From Candidatus Enterousia sp. (lineage in GTDB: Bacteria > Pseudomonadota > Alphaproteobacteria > Rs-D84): a DNA stretch of 64,000 nucleotides. The translations under genes and the position numbers were made by a program. Below the pieces are notes generated by a model that saw only the letters and a program-made list of their open reading frames with translations, was not told the DNA's origin and did no database searches. Below are positions 34,552 through 44,794 of the stretch, in pieces (within the stretch, counting starts at the first letter, position 1; each line of letters starts with the position of its first letter). Location of the stretch: assembly GCA_045613925.1 (NCBI GenBank), contig JAZLBV010000006.1, positions 19,224-83,223 of the forward strand. Reading direction: 5' to 3'.

Positions 34552-34878
34552 TTAATGTCCGTGCGACACAAGATGCAAAATTATACTTATAAAAAATAAA
34601 ACCGTTATTATCGATAAAGCTATTTTCTGTTTTCTATGAGATTTTTCTTCATCACATTCTGCACACGGGCAATCACCCAAAACTAAAATCCACGAAAGCC
34701 CCAACATTAAACTTGAAAACACAAAAAGCCACGGTTCAACCCATTCTGGTATCAATGACGAATGAGCGATTTCCGGCGCAAACAAACCAATAACAGACAA
34801 AACAATAGGTAAAACACAACAAAACAAATGTGGCAGAATTGATGCAATTAATCCAAATTTAACAGCTTTGTTTTTCAT
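34552..34878 (-). CDS. small membrane protein with CC and CxC/CxxC motifs (MerT/MerC-like?)
   Basis: LPHLFCCVLPIVL lies in TM1. It also carries GDCPCAECDEE and has three TM segments. Confidence 0.35.
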   Translation of the reverse strand: MKNKAVKFGLIASILPHLFCCVLPIVLSVIGLFAPEIAHSSLIPEWVEPWLFVFSSLMLGLSWILVLGDCPCAECDEEKSHRKQKIALSIITVLFFISIILHLVSHGH

Positions 34879-35044
34879 TATTTTGTCCTTGTTTATTTAT
34901 GCGTTGCACGCGATAATGAAAACGACCTTTGGTGCTTTCCGTCCGCCTTCGCCGTCCTTAAAAAACAATATATGTTCCAAGAATTTATTGGGCTACGGCG
35001 GGACACTCGATTTTCAATCCTCGCTTCGCTTCGGTGAAAATCGG

Positions 35045-35120
35045 TGGTGTCCCCAGCAGAATTCGAATCTGCATCTAATCCTTAGGAGGGATTTGTTCTA
35101 TCCAATTGAACTATGGGGAC
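35045..35120 (-). tRNA. tRNA-Arg (anticodon CCU)
   Basis: Reverse complement GTCCCCATAGTTCAATTGGATAGAACAAATCCCTCCTAAGGATTAGATGCAGATTCGAATTCTGCTGGGGACACCA. Confidence 0.95.
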
Positions 35121-35267
35121 CGAACGCGGTTGATTCTACATCAATAAAAAAATAAATCAAAATATTTATTACAAAAATACGTGTTCTTGGGCAATCGACA
35201 AAAAACCAGAAAAAATAATTGCAATCTGGCAAAGAACTTTTATAATTATTAAAAACAAGGGTTCTTG

Positions 35268-35555
35268 ATGGCGACCATTACACGTATTGATTTGGCAAAT
35301 GTTTTAAGAAACCGTTTTGGTTTAACTACGTCTGATTCCTATAAAATGGTGGATATTATTTTTGACGAAATCGAACAATCGCTGATTCACGGCGAAGATG
35401 TTAAGATTTCAGGATTTGGAACATTTAAAATATTGGCTAAGTCCGCACGTGTTGGACGTAATCCAAAAACTGGGATTCCGGCGGTGATTTCTGCACGTCG
35501 TGTGGCAACTTTCCGCCCAAGTCGTGAATTCAGAAATATTGTTTCTGGAAAATAA
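35268..35555 (+). CDS. ihfA: integration host factor subunit alpha (HU/IHF family)
   Basis: ITRIDLANVL ... ISGFGTFKILAKSARVGRNPKTGIPAVISARRVATFRPS. Confidence 0.85.
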   Translation: MATITRIDLANVLRNRFGLTTSDSYKMVDIIFDEIEQSLIHGEDVKISGFGTFKILAKSARVGRNPKTGIPAVISARRVATFRPSREFRNIVSGK

Positions 35556-35579
35556 TTAATCTATATCAAGGGGACAAAA

Positions 35580-35846
35580 ATGGCACAAGAATTACAATTA
35601 GACATTTTTGAAGAACAAAGAAAAGATGATATAGCCGAAGAAATCAACAGTTATGAAAAAAAGAAATCTGAATTAACAGCAGAAAGGGATGCAACAGAAC
35701 AAAGGTTGCACGATGATGACCTTTCCTGGCAGGACAGAAAAGAATATCAAGATGACCTGCAAGATTACCAACGGGAACTTGAATCATTGGAAAGATCGCA
35801 CAAAAGAACATTAGATGAACTGTACGCAAAGCAGTATAATATTTAA
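35580..35846 (+). CDS. acidic coiled-coil hypothetical protein
   Basis: 88 aa, rich in Glu, Asp and Gln, with a GGGGA RBS. Confidence 0.45.
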   Translation: MAQELQLDIFEEQRKDDIAEEINSYEKKKSELTAERDATEQRLHDDDLSWQDRKEYQDDLQDYQRELESLERSHKRTLDELYAKQYNI

Positions 35847-35856
35847 AAAAATTTTA

Positions 35857-35875
35857 ACCGCCCGATTGGGCGGTT
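35857..35875. terminator. bidirectional terminator hairpin
   Basis: aaccgccc-gatt-gggcggtt between convergent genes. The same stem sequence recurs at 50675. Confidence 0.6.
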
Positions 35876-35880
35876 CTTAA

Positions 35881-37863
35881 TTACCACAAATTCACACGCT
35901 TTTCAGGGGCGACATACATTTTGTCATTACCTTTTACGTCAAAAGCTTCATACCACGCGTCCACGTGTGGCAATATGCCGTTCACACGCCATCTTGATAA
36001 CGAATGTTCATTTGTTTTTGTTTGACGCAACAAGGCTTCATCTGTGATATTTGATGCTTCGGTCATCGCATAAGCTACAAAAAATCTTTGATCTGGCGTC
36101 ATATCCATCGCATTTTCTGATTTTTCACCAAAGTTTTTATATGCAGTATATGAAATTGTCACACCACCATAATCAGCCAGATTTTCACCCAACGTGAATT
36201 TTCCATTCGCGTGTGTATTCGGTGCAACAATTATGTCATCAAAGAAATCAGACATAACCTTAGCCCGCAATTCAAATTTTTCAGAATCTTGCTGGGTCCA
36301 CCAATCACGCATATTACCTGATTTATCAAAATGACGACCCTGGTCATCAAAACCGTGTGTCATTTCGTGACCGATTATCGAACCGATTGCACCATAGTTA
36401 AATGCATCATCTGCATCCATATCAAAAAATGGATATTGTAAAATACCCGCAGGAAAACAGATTTCATTTGTTGATGGGTCATAATATGCGTTAACTTCGT
36501 GGGCATTCATATACCAAATTGTTGGATCTTTTTCTTTGCCAACTTTTGCCAACCAGAATGCATCTTCAAACGCATCTACGCGCATCATATTCGCAAACAA
36601 AGAATCATTTTTGATTTCTAATTTAGAATAATCACGCCATTTGTCTGGATATCCGATTTTGGCACGAAAAGTATGCAATTTTTCAAGTGCTTGTTTCTTT
36701 GTTTCATCACTCATCCAATTTAAATCTTTGATACGAATTTCATATGCACGCTGTAAGTTTTTGACTAGATTTTCCATACGTTTTTTTGCTGATTCTGGAA
36801 AATATTCTGCAACGTAAAGACGACCTATTTCTTCACCCAAAGAACCATCTAATATTGCCACAGCACGTTTCCAACGTGGTTTTTGTTCTTTCTGACCTGA
36901 CATTACACGATTGTAAAAATCAAAAGATATGTCATAAGTTTTATCATCCAGTAAACCAGATGCAGAATTTATAACCCTTAATTTCAAATAATTTTTTAAC
37001 AATTCTAAATTCGTGTTATTTATAATTGCAATTGATTCTTTGATTGGTTCTATTTGCATAACATTTATAAATTCTGGTTTAACGCCACGTGATTCAAAAT
37101 ATGTATCCCAATCAAACCCGGCAAATTCATCTTTGAATTCAGCAAATGATTTTTTATGATAATTTGCCAATGGATCACGCAATTTTTCTTTTTTATAGAA
37201 AGATTTTGCCATACGTTCTTCCAATGCATACAATTTATCAACATCTACAGAAACACCGAAATTGGCCATCATATCGTGAATATATTGTTTATATTTTGTA
37301 CGAACTTCCACAGATTTTGCATCATCATCAAAATAGTAATCTCGTGATAGTCCTGTACCACCTTGGCCCATAACAAATATATAGTGTGTACTGTCTTTAT
37401 CATCCAGCGCAACACCATCAGACCAAAAAGCAGATGAAAAAGTATGCATTTTCCCAAGATATTTTGGTAAATCTGCGATTGATTTTATATTATCTATTTC
37501 ATCTAAATACGGTTTCACAGGTTGTGTTTTATCAGCGTTTAATTTTTCTGAATCCATCGCAATTTTATAAAGAGTGCCTATTTTCCCAGTATCATTTTCA
37601 GCAATTTTGCGAACGCGTTCATTATTCATCTTGTCAATTGTTTCAAATGAACCAAATCTTGTATAATCGTTTGGCAACGGATTATTTTTGCGCCATCCAG
37701 CCGTCGCAAAATCGTAAAAATCATTTCCTGGTTTTACAGACAAATCCATATTTTCAGATTTTATTCCACTTTGCATTGTTTTCTCCTTGGTTAAAAAAAT
37801 TGCAAAAACAGCCGCGATACATACGGCCAAAATTCCAATTATATTCAATATTTTGTTTTTCAT
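35881..37863 (-). CDS. M13 family zinc metallopeptidase (PepO/endothelin-converting-enzyme-like)
   Basis: The zinc-binding HExxH motif occurs as IIGHEMTHGFDDQG. It also has NAYY and GENLADYGG, plus an N-terminal membrane anchor. Confidence 0.85.
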   Translation of the reverse strand: MKNKILNIIGILAVCIAAVFAIFLTKEKTMQSGIKSENMDLSVKPGNDFYDFATAGWRKNNPLPNDYTRFGSFETIDKMNNERVRKIAENDTGKIGTLYKIAMDSEKLNADKTQPVKPYLDEIDNIKSIADLPKYLGKMHTFSSAFWSDGVALDDKDSTHYIFVMGQGGTGLSRDYYFDDDAKSVEVRTKYKQYIHDMMANFGVSVDVDKLYALEERMAKSFYKKEKLRDPLANYHKKSFAEFKDEFAGFDWDTYFESRGVKPEFINVMQIEPIKESIAIINNTNLELLKNYLKLRVINSASGLLDDKTYDISFDFYNRVMSGQKEQKPRWKRAVAILDGSLGEEIGRLYVAEYFPESAKKRMENLVKNLQRAYEIRIKDLNWMSDETKKQALEKLHTFRAKIGYPDKWRDYSKLEIKNDSLFANMMRVDAFEDAFWLAKVGKEKDPTIWYMNAHEVNAYYDPSTNEICFPAGILQYPFFDMDADDAFNYGAIGSIIGHEMTHGFDDQGRHFDKSGNMRDWWTQQDSEKFELRAKVMSDFFDDIIVAPNTHANGKFTLGENLADYGGVTISYTAYKNFGEKSENAMDMTPDQRFFVAYAMTEASNITDEALLRQTKTNEHSLSRWRVNGILPHVDAWYEAFDVKGNDKMYVAPEKRVNLW

Positions 37864-38915
37864 TTTATTAAATCCAATACTATGTCATCCAATATCAACA
37901 TACCACGATCTGTAGCACGTAAATAATTATCAGATTGAATAACCAGTTCAGGATGTGATTTTACCCAATCATTATTTATTTTTTGCGTTACATCGTTCGA
38001 CAACATTACACCAGAAATTGTTCTGATGCCAGTAATAATTTTTTCAATTGCGCGTGTTTCATTACTTAATTTTTCAAATTTTTCATTTGCACCACGTTGT
38101 TCGTACCAAACATCGTTAATATATACCCTGCCCGCAGCGCCACGACCAATACCAACATATGCGTCGCCCATCCAAACATTTTTGTTATGCCGACATTGTT
38201 CATCTGGGGTCGAATAATTAGATACCTCATACCGCAGCAAAGACAAAAATTCAGGAATTGCCGTGTACATATTTGCCATATTTTCATTAGTCGGCATTTG
38301 CAAATTCATTTTTCCAAACGGTGTATTTTCTTCTATGGTTAATTCGTATAAAGATACGTGCTTTAATCCTAAATTGTTTATGCTTTTACATAAATCAATA
38401 ACAGATTGAACATTATGCCCCGGCAAACCATATATAAAATCCCCAGAAAGGCGTAAATTCATATTCTGGGCAACGTTCAATAAATCCAGCGCCTGTTTTG
38501 CATTATGTTTTCGACCTAAAAATTCTAATTCTTTATCTTTTAAAGATTGAACACCAACCGACAAACGATTTACACCATTTGATACAAAGTCTTTTAATTT
38601 TTCGACTGTCAAAGTTCCTGGGTTAGATTCCATTGTTATTTCACAATCTTTATCAACATCAAAATTTTTGTAAATGCAATTCATAATTTGTTCGAAAATA
38701 CTAACCGGCATTAAAGACGGTGTACCACCACCAAAAAATATCGTAGGAACCGAACAATGACATAGTTTTTCAGCCCAAAATTGTAATTCGCCACAAATAT
38801 CATCTGAATATTTTTGCCAATTTGGATTTAGTATTGCATTTGAATAAAATGCACAATATTTGCATTTTGACATACAAAAAGGAACATGAATATAAATATT
38901 ATGCGGATAATTCAT
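37860..38915 (-). CDS. hemW: radical SAM heme chaperone HemW
   Basis: IYIHVPFCMSKCKYCAFYS (CxxxCxxC) and GGGTPSL. Its stop overlaps the pepO-like start by 4 nt. Confidence 0.8.
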   Translation of the reverse strand: MNYPHNIYIHVPFCMSKCKYCAFYSNAILNPNWQKYSDDICGELQFWAEKLCHCSVPTIFFGGGTPSLMPVSIFEQIMNCIYKNFDVDKDCEITMESNPGTLTVEKLKDFVSNGVNRLSVGVQSLKDKELEFLGRKHNAKQALDLLNVAQNMNLRLSGDFIYGLPGHNVQSVIDLCKSINNLGLKHVSLYELTIEENTPFGKMNLQMPTNENMANMYTAIPEFLSLLRYEVSNYSTPDEQCRHNKNVWMGDAYVGIGRGAAGRVYINDVWYEQRGANEKFEKLSNETRAIEKIITGIRTISGVMLSNDVTQKINNDWVKSHPELVIQSDNYLRATDRGMLILDDIVLDLIK

Positions 38916-38983
38916 AGAAATTATGATAATTCACCAAAAAAGAAAATCAATATAAACAAACACTTTTTTTAATACCCTTTTTG

Positions 38984-38992
38984 TGGTATAAT
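38984..38992 (+). promoter_or_regulatory. extended -10 promoter element (TGGTATAAT)
   Basis: Lies within aatacccttttTGTGGTATAAT, about 20 nt upstream of the 39011 start. Confidence 0.45.
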
Positions 38993-39010
38993 AAGGGGGA
39001 TTAAGGAAAG

Positions 39011-40504
39011 ATGAGAACAAAATTTTTGTCTGTTTTTTGCGGGATTGCTATACCTTTGTCGTGTTGGGCATCTAACGAAGGGGTGCCGTCGTATTATTCA
39101 AGCGGTCCGACAATTAATGCAAATCGTGCGGCGTATAGCAAATATCAACGCCAGGGTTATACCAAGTATGTTGGGAACACCGGAAAAAAACAGGTTTTAT
39201 CCAGAAACACCTATTCTTATGATGTTCCACGTCCAACCTATGAAACCATCAGCACAACAACAACTGGTACTATGACAACAAATGGTATTGCTAGACCAGC
39301 TGATGAACATAAAACATCTATATACGCTGGGTATTCACGTCGTTTTGCTGATTTTGAATTTAAAACAGGCGTTAATTCCATCCTTGAATGGGACGATATG
39401 TTGTTTAATGAAATCAATTTCGGGCTTAAACACGTTTTTGATATTAACGGTTTTTATTTAAGTGTATTTGGTGATTATACACGTGGCGAAATGGCCGGTG
39501 GCGGGTTGTCTATGGATTATGATTTAGAACCATATGATTATTCGTATCCAACCGACGGTATATTCACTATTTCTATGGGTGATCAAAGTGGCAGCACAGA
39601 CCGGTTGCGCTTTGGGATTGGTGCACACCATATTTGGAATTTGGGTGGCTGGAAATTAACACCTTATATAGGTTATGAAATCTTTAAACACAATTTAAAT
39701 ATGGGCAACCATTTGTATCCAAACCCAGGGGTATATTTGCCTTTGATGACAAGTGCTGGGGATTATGTATTCGGCGATTTAGAAGGAAACTATTATGCTG
39801 TATCGCCAACTGTTGCGGTGGATGATGATTCTGGGTTGTATCAAATTTGTATGGGCCCCGAAGATATCAAGGTTGTTCCTGCGAATTACAGCGGCGGCAG
39901 TGTTAATGGTATGTTATACCCATTGGGAAACACATTAACCACAGTAGATTATAATTCTTCTATGGGGGATTTGCCCTGGGGCGTTCCAGAGGGCGACTGT
40001 GTTGTTATCGGTGGTGATGGGATAGTAAGGGTCGACGGAACAACACATATTTACAATACAACTTGGTCTGGATTTTATCTGGGGTTAGAGGTTGAAAAAC
40101 AAATGACACTGGCAGATAAATTGCGTTTCTATGTCCAGGTCAGTATGCCGAAGTATTCATCCGAAGGAACATGGCCTAATCGTGATGATTGGCAACAAAA
40201 TCCGTCATTCCTTGACGAAGGCGACAACGGTGCGTTTGCGTACAGCGCAGAAATGGAATATACGTACAATTTGTCCGACCGCATGGCATTATCATTAAAA
40301 GCAGACACTAATTATTTCCACGTTGGGAAAATACCTGGTGAATTATATGTTGCAGAATCCCTTATATACGTAGAAGATGAAAACAATCCTGGGAATTTCA
40401 TAGTCCAAACACAACCCGCGTATACAGAATACGTCGCAGTATCATTGGAAGAAGCAACTTGGCGTTCTTTTGGGTTGCACGTCGGGGTAAAATATGCTTT
40501 TTAA
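39011..40504 (+). CDS. large outer-membrane beta-barrel protein
   Basis: Signal peptide, amphipathic beta-strands, and a C-terminus of GVKYAF. Confidence 0.6.
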   Translation: MRTKFLSVFCGIAIPLSCWASNEGVPSYYSSGPTINANRAAYSKYQRQGYTKYVGNTGKKQVLSRNTYSYDVPRPTYETISTTTTGTMTTNGIARPADEHKTSIYAGYSRRFADFEFKTGVNSILEWDDMLFNEINFGLKHVFDINGFYLSVFGDYTRGEMAGGGLSMDYDLEPYDYSYPTDGIFTISMGDQSGSTDRLRFGIGAHHIWNLGGWKLTPYIGYEIFKHNLNMGNHLYPNPGVYLPLMTSAGDYVFGDLEGNYYAVSPTVAVDDDSGLYQICMGPEDIKVVPANYSGGSVNGMLYPLGNTLTTVDYNSSMGDLPWGVPEGDCVVIGGDGIVRVDGTTHIYNTTWSGFYLGLEVEKQMTLADKLRFYVQVSMPKYSSEGTWPNRDDWQQNPSFLDEGDNGAFAYSAEMEYTYNLSDRMALSLKADTNYFHVGKIPGELYVAESLIYVEDENNPGNFIVQTQPAYTEYVAVSLEEATWRSFGLHVGVKYAF

Positions 40505-40521
40505 TACTTTGTGGGTAATGT

Positions 40522-41583
40522 ATGAAATATAGTGCAATTCGTTTTTGCTGTGTGTTTTTGTTATGTGGTATTGTTACGAATCCCGCATTTGCAGAACGTG
40601 GTGTTTTCGATTTCGAACGCTGGGATAGTGTTTTAAACGATATACGCACCAAAGCCTCTGCACAAAATATCAGTAAATCAGTTATAGATGACACTTTGAA
40701 AAATCCTATGTTTATTCCAAACATAGTGAAATCTGATAAAAACCAATCTGAATTTACTTTGACTTTGGATCAATATTTAAACAGAACTGTTACAAATGAT
40801 CGCATTGTCCAGGGCCGCAAAAAACGTGCACAATACCCAACTATGTTAAATCAAATAGAAAACAAATTTGATGTTCCTCACAATGTTATTTTGGCGTTTT
40901 GGGGACTTGAATCTAATTATGGGGTTGTCAAATCAAAATATCAATTGACCAATTCGTTTTTGACATTGATTTACGAAGGTCGCCGCGCTGAATTTTTCTC
41001 TAAACAATTATTAGCATTGATGAAAATTGCAGATAAAAATAAATTGCAAATAAATAATATTCACGGCAGTTGGGCTGGCGCAATGGGGCATTTTCAATTC
41101 ATACCAACGACATTGGTTCAATACGGTGTTGACGGCAATAACGACGGCCATATTGATATTATAAACAGTGTTGGCGACGCGATGTACAGCGCCGCAAATT
41201 ACCTGCATAAATTAGGTTGGAATAAAAACGAAAAGATAGTGCGCCGTGTTATTGTTCCCGCTGATTTTGATAGAACATTATTAAACGGCGACGTTAAAAA
41301 AACTTTGCCAGAATGGTCGGATTTAGGCGTTGTAAATGTTGACGGAACACCAATACCACAATCTGAAATGGTGGCAGGTTTAATTGCAGACACCAAAGAA
41401 ATCGCAAAACAGGATTTATACAACACAAAACCTGATTTTCCCGATGATTCAGACACTGACATTGCACCAAAACCGGTTATTTATGCATATTTGACATATC
41501 CTAATTTTTACAGAATAAAAAAATGGAATAATTCATCGTGGTATGCAATTGCAATCGCCGAATTAGCCGATAAATTAAAATAA
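40522..41583 (+). CDS. lytic murein transglycosylase (MltB family)
   Basis: ILAFWGLESNYG and GSWAGAMGHFQFIPTT ... DGNNDGHIDI motifs. Confidence 0.8.
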   Translation: MKYSAIRFCCVFLLCGIVTNPAFAERGVFDFERWDSVLNDIRTKASAQNISKSVIDDTLKNPMFIPNIVKSDKNQSEFTLTLDQYLNRTVTNDRIVQGRKKRAQYPTMLNQIENKFDVPHNVILAFWGLESNYGVVKSKYQLTNSFLTLIYEGRRAEFFSKQLLALMKIADKNKLQINNIHGSWAGAMGHFQFIPTTLVQYGVDGNNDGHIDIINSVGDAMYSAANYLHKLGWNKNEKIVRRVIVPADFDRTLLNGDVKKTLPEWSDLGVVNVDGTPIPQSEMVAGLIADTKEIAKQDLYNTKPDFPDDSDTDIAPKPVIYAYLTYPNFYRIKKWNNSSWYAIAIAELADKLK

Positions 41584-41693
41584 AAATTCACCTTTCGTTA
41601 AAAAAATAAAAACTTCAGCCAAAATAAAAATAAATTGCTTATGGTTATTTTCTTTGGTACCATTTGTTCTATGTTATACAAAGGAAATATATT

Positions 41694-42653
41694 ATGGCTA
41701 TAAAAGTTCGTGATTTTGAGGTCCGTTTAACCAGAACCAAAGAAGAACGCAAGCAAGTGCGCCAATTGCGCTATGATGTTTTCTGTTTGGAAGAAAATGC
41801 GACTCCTACTGAAGAACAAAAAAATCTGGGCGAAGAATACGATGCATATGATACCTATGCCGATTATATGGCGGTTTTTCATCAAAATAAGATTGTTGGG
41901 ACTTATCGTATTATTGACCGGGATGCCGCAGAAAAAATGGGCGGATTTTATACCGAACGCGAATTCAATTTATCAAAAATAAAGAAAGTAAAAGGAAATA
42001 TTGCAGAAATGTCGCGCGCCTGTGTCAAAGCGGACTATCGCGAAAATGGATTGGTTATGCGATTGCTTTGGGCTGGGCTTTGTGAATACGTTGTGAAACG
42101 CAAAATTTCTATATTGTTTGGTGTGCCATCTTTCGTTGGAACAAAACCAGCGCAATCTGCCCAAGCTTTGTCTTATCTTTATTACAACTGTTTATCGCCG
42201 TATCATTTGCGTGCTACTGTGATGAAGGAAAACCTGGACCCAAGTATTGATCCACGTATGACACAGATGAATATTTTGCCACGTGTTTTCGTTGACGAAG
42301 CAGAGGCAAAAAAACAAATGACCCCGTTGATTAAGGGATATTTGCGACTTGGCGCGACGTTCGGTCGTGGTGTATTTATAGACAAAGGTTTTGGCACATA
42401 CGACGTATTTGTGTTGGTACAAACAAAGAACGTTGATAAAACGTATCAAAAACATTTTACCGGGTCTGAAAACGCGTTCGATGAATTGGGTGTCAAAGAA
42501 GGACCTTTGCATATACTTGGTAAAATTATTATGTCGCCAATTACTGGTACTGCAAAGGCAATCCGCGCGTTTGGTGAATTATTTATGCGTGAAGATGCTG
42601 ATGACATTGAATACATAGACAAAGAAGAAGAATCTGTTAAAGATGAAGAATAA
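41694..42653 (+). CDS. olsB: OlsB-like GNAT N-acyltransferase (ornithine/amino-acid lipid synthesis)
   Basis: QLRYDVFCLEENA ... IVGTYRIID ... EMSRACV. Adjacent to a PlsC-type acyltransferase gene. Confidence 0.6.
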   Translation: MAIKVRDFEVRLTRTKEERKQVRQLRYDVFCLEENATPTEEQKNLGEEYDAYDTYADYMAVFHQNKIVGTYRIIDRDAAEKMGGFYTEREFNLSKIKKVKGNIAEMSRACVKADYRENGLVMRLLWAGLCEYVVKRKISILFGVPSFVGTKPAQSAQALSYLYYNCLSPYHLRATVMKENLDPSIDPRMTQMNILPRVFVDEAEAKKQMTPLIKGYLRLGATFGRGVFIDKGFGTYDVFVLVQTKNVDKTYQKHFTGSENAFDELGVKEGPLHILGKIIMSPITGTAKAIRAFGELFMREDADDIEYIDKEEESVKDEE

Positions 42654-42655
42654 AA

Positions 42656-43465
42656 ATGAAAATTCGTAAACAAAACATTTTTAACACTATGTGGGCGGTT
42701 TTGCGTATGACAATTGCGTGTTTAATGGTTGCATTAAACGCATTGGTTTTGTGTTTTATACCATATGGGAAATTGTCTGTAAAATATATGCAGTTTTTTA
42801 TGCGCCAATTTAATTTACTGACCGGGACACGGTTCAAAGTGAACGGAAAATTGTCATCAAAGCGACCCTTGCTTTGTGTCTGTAATCATATATCTATATT
42901 TGAATTGACGACTATGCCTGTCGCATTTGGTGGTTCGTTCTTTGGCAAAAAAGAAATCTCACGCTGGCCGCTGGTTGGTTGGATTGCAAAAAAATTTGGT
43001 GTCATTTTCATAGATCGTCGTCCGTCGCACGCTATGGATGCATTGGATGCGGTAAAAAACGAATTAGACCGTGTTGATTATCCTATGTTTATATTTCCAG
43101 AGGGTACATCCACAAATGGTGCGTATGTGAAAAAATTTAAAAGTTCGCTTTTTGATGTCGTAGAAAAAACGGGGGCCACGGTACAACCTGTGGTAATTCA
43201 TTATCGTTTGCGCGACGGCACAAAGATAAATGATGAAGATATGGCAAATCATTTTGCATATTTTGATAATAAAAAAATGGACTGTGGTCCGTTCTGCAAA
43301 AAAGAACGCAACGCATTTATGCAGGTTTTTCACATAATGGTTCTTGGCGGTTTCTTGGTAGAAATCAAAGTTTTACCCTGCCCCGATTTGGACGGGCTGG
43401 ACAGAAAACAAATTGCAGATAAACTTTATGAAATAATTTCAAATGAATATATGAAAAATAAATAA
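42656..43465 (+). CDS. olsA: PlsC-family lysolipid O-acyltransferase (OlsA-like)
   Basis: CNHISIFE (HX4D/E box) and FPEGTSTNG motifs. It starts 3 nt after the olsB-like stop. Confidence 0.6.
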   Translation: MKIRKQNIFNTMWAVLRMTIACLMVALNALVLCFIPYGKLSVKYMQFFMRQFNLLTGTRFKVNGKLSSKRPLLCVCNHISIFELTTMPVAFGGSFFGKKEISRWPLVGWIAKKFGVIFIDRRPSHAMDALDAVKNELDRVDYPMFIFPEGTSTNGAYVKKFKSSLFDVVEKTGATVQPVVIHYRLRDGTKINDEDMANHFAYFDNKKMDCGPFCKKERNAFMQVFHIMVLGGFLVEIKVLPCPDLDGLDRKQIADKLYEIISNEYMKNK

Positions 43466-43485
43466 TAAAATGAAGAGTTATAAAA

Positions 43486-44766
43486 ATGAGAATAGAAAAA
43501 TTATGTGTTAACAGGTTGTACGGTGATGTTGCAGGCGCAACAACACGTGGACATAAAATCGCAGTCAAAGGCGGATATATTTATCAAACTTTTCAAGGTG
43601 GATATACCTTGACACCTTTGGGCTGGAGTGTTGTTCACAAAATCGAAAATATTATTCGTGATGAAATGAACGCTATTGACGGACAGGAAATTTTGATGCC
43701 TGTTGTATGCACTGCTGATTTATGGCAAGAAACAGGTCGTTATGATGCAATGTCTGTTCTGGCAAAGTTCAAAGGTTCTTCGGGTGCAGATTATGTAATT
43801 TGTCCAACACATGAAGAAGTTGTGACAGATTATGCGCGTTCTGTGGTTACATCGTATCGTCAGTTGCCTTTTATGTTATATCAAATTCAAACTAAATTCC
43901 GCGATGAATTGCGTGTACGCGCAGGCTTGATAAGAACGCGTGAATTTATTATGAAAGATGGTTATTCTTTCCACGAAACCCAGGAAGATTTGGAACAATA
44001 TTATCAACGTTGTTTCGATGCATATTACAAAATATTCAGACGCTGTGGTTTAAAAAATTTCACAGACGTAATGTCATCTACTGGCGATATGGGTGGAAAA
44101 ATTGCGCACGAGTTTCAATTGATAAACGAAATGGGCGAAGATACTTTGTACATTTGTGATTGCGGTTTTCGTGCAAACAAAGAATTAGAAGATACCGATT
44201 CCACAGTATGTCCAAAATGCGGAAAACCTTTGAACAAAGTTCGCGGTATTGAAATCGGTAATATTTTCCAATTGGGTAAAAAATATACTGAATCAATGAA
44301 TATGAAATATACAGCCGCAGACGGTTCTGAAAAGACACCTATTATGGGTTGTTATGGAATTGGTGTTGGACGTACCATGGCAGCAATTATAGAAGAAAGC
44401 GCAGATGACAATGGCCCGATTTGGAATATGGAAACTGCGCCTTTTGCTGTTGAAGTAATTGGATTGGTCGACAAAGAAAATAAAACTTTGCCATTGGCTG
44501 AAACAATTTATGACGAATTAAAGGCACATCACATTGAAACTTTGTTGGATAATCGCGATTGTCGCGCAGGCGAAAAATTTGCAGATGCTGATTTAATCGC
44601 AGCACCAATTCGTTTGATTGTTTCGCAAAAAAATCTGGAACAAAATAAAATCGAAATTAAATATCGTGTCAACAATTATGACACGTCTGAATTGCCAACA
44701 TCCGTGGCGGTTGATGATTATATGAACACGATATTAGATTTGATAAAAAAACTTAGTGAACATTAA
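43486..44766 (+). CDS. proS: proline--tRNA ligase (short form without insertion/editing domain)
   Basis: The class II motifs are present: FRDELRVRAGLIRTREFIMKDGYSF and GCYGIGVGR. The protein is 426 aa. Confidence 0.85.
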   Translation: MRIEKLCVNRLYGDVAGATTRGHKIAVKGGYIYQTFQGGYTLTPLGWSVVHKIENIIRDEMNAIDGQEILMPVVCTADLWQETGRYDAMSVLAKFKGSSGADYVICPTHEEVVTDYARSVVTSYRQLPFMLYQIQTKFRDELRVRAGLIRTREFIMKDGYSFHETQEDLEQYYQRCFDAYYKIFRRCGLKNFTDVMSSTGDMGGKIAHEFQLINEMGEDTLYICDCGFRANKELEDTDSTVCPKCGKPLNKVRGIEIGNIFQLGKKYTESMNMKYTAADGSEKTPIMGCYGIGVGRTMAAIIEESADDNGPIWNMETAPFAVEVIGLVDKENKTLPLAETIYDELKAHHIETLLDNRDCRAGEKFADADLIAAPIRLIVSQKNLEQNKIEIKYRVNNYDTSELPTSVAVDDYMNTILDLIKKLSEH

Positions 44767-44770
44767 AAAA

Positions 44771-44794
44771 AATCGCCCAAATGGGCGATTTTTA
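44771..44794. terminator. bidirectional intrinsic terminator
   Basis: aatcgccc-aaat-gggcgatt hairpin flanked by an A-run and a T-run. Confidence 0.7.

Noticed and set aside
34868-35155. 95-aa ORF spanning the tRNA-Arg locus, and the hairpin cgattttca...tgaaaatcg (about 35011-35044) in the tRNA 3' trailer.
   Set aside because: The ORF overlaps the tRNA on the opposite strand. The trailer hairpin lacks a following U-run, so I did not call it a terminator. Short matches of ctcgcttcgc to the tRNA-Ser flank are too short to count as a repeat family.
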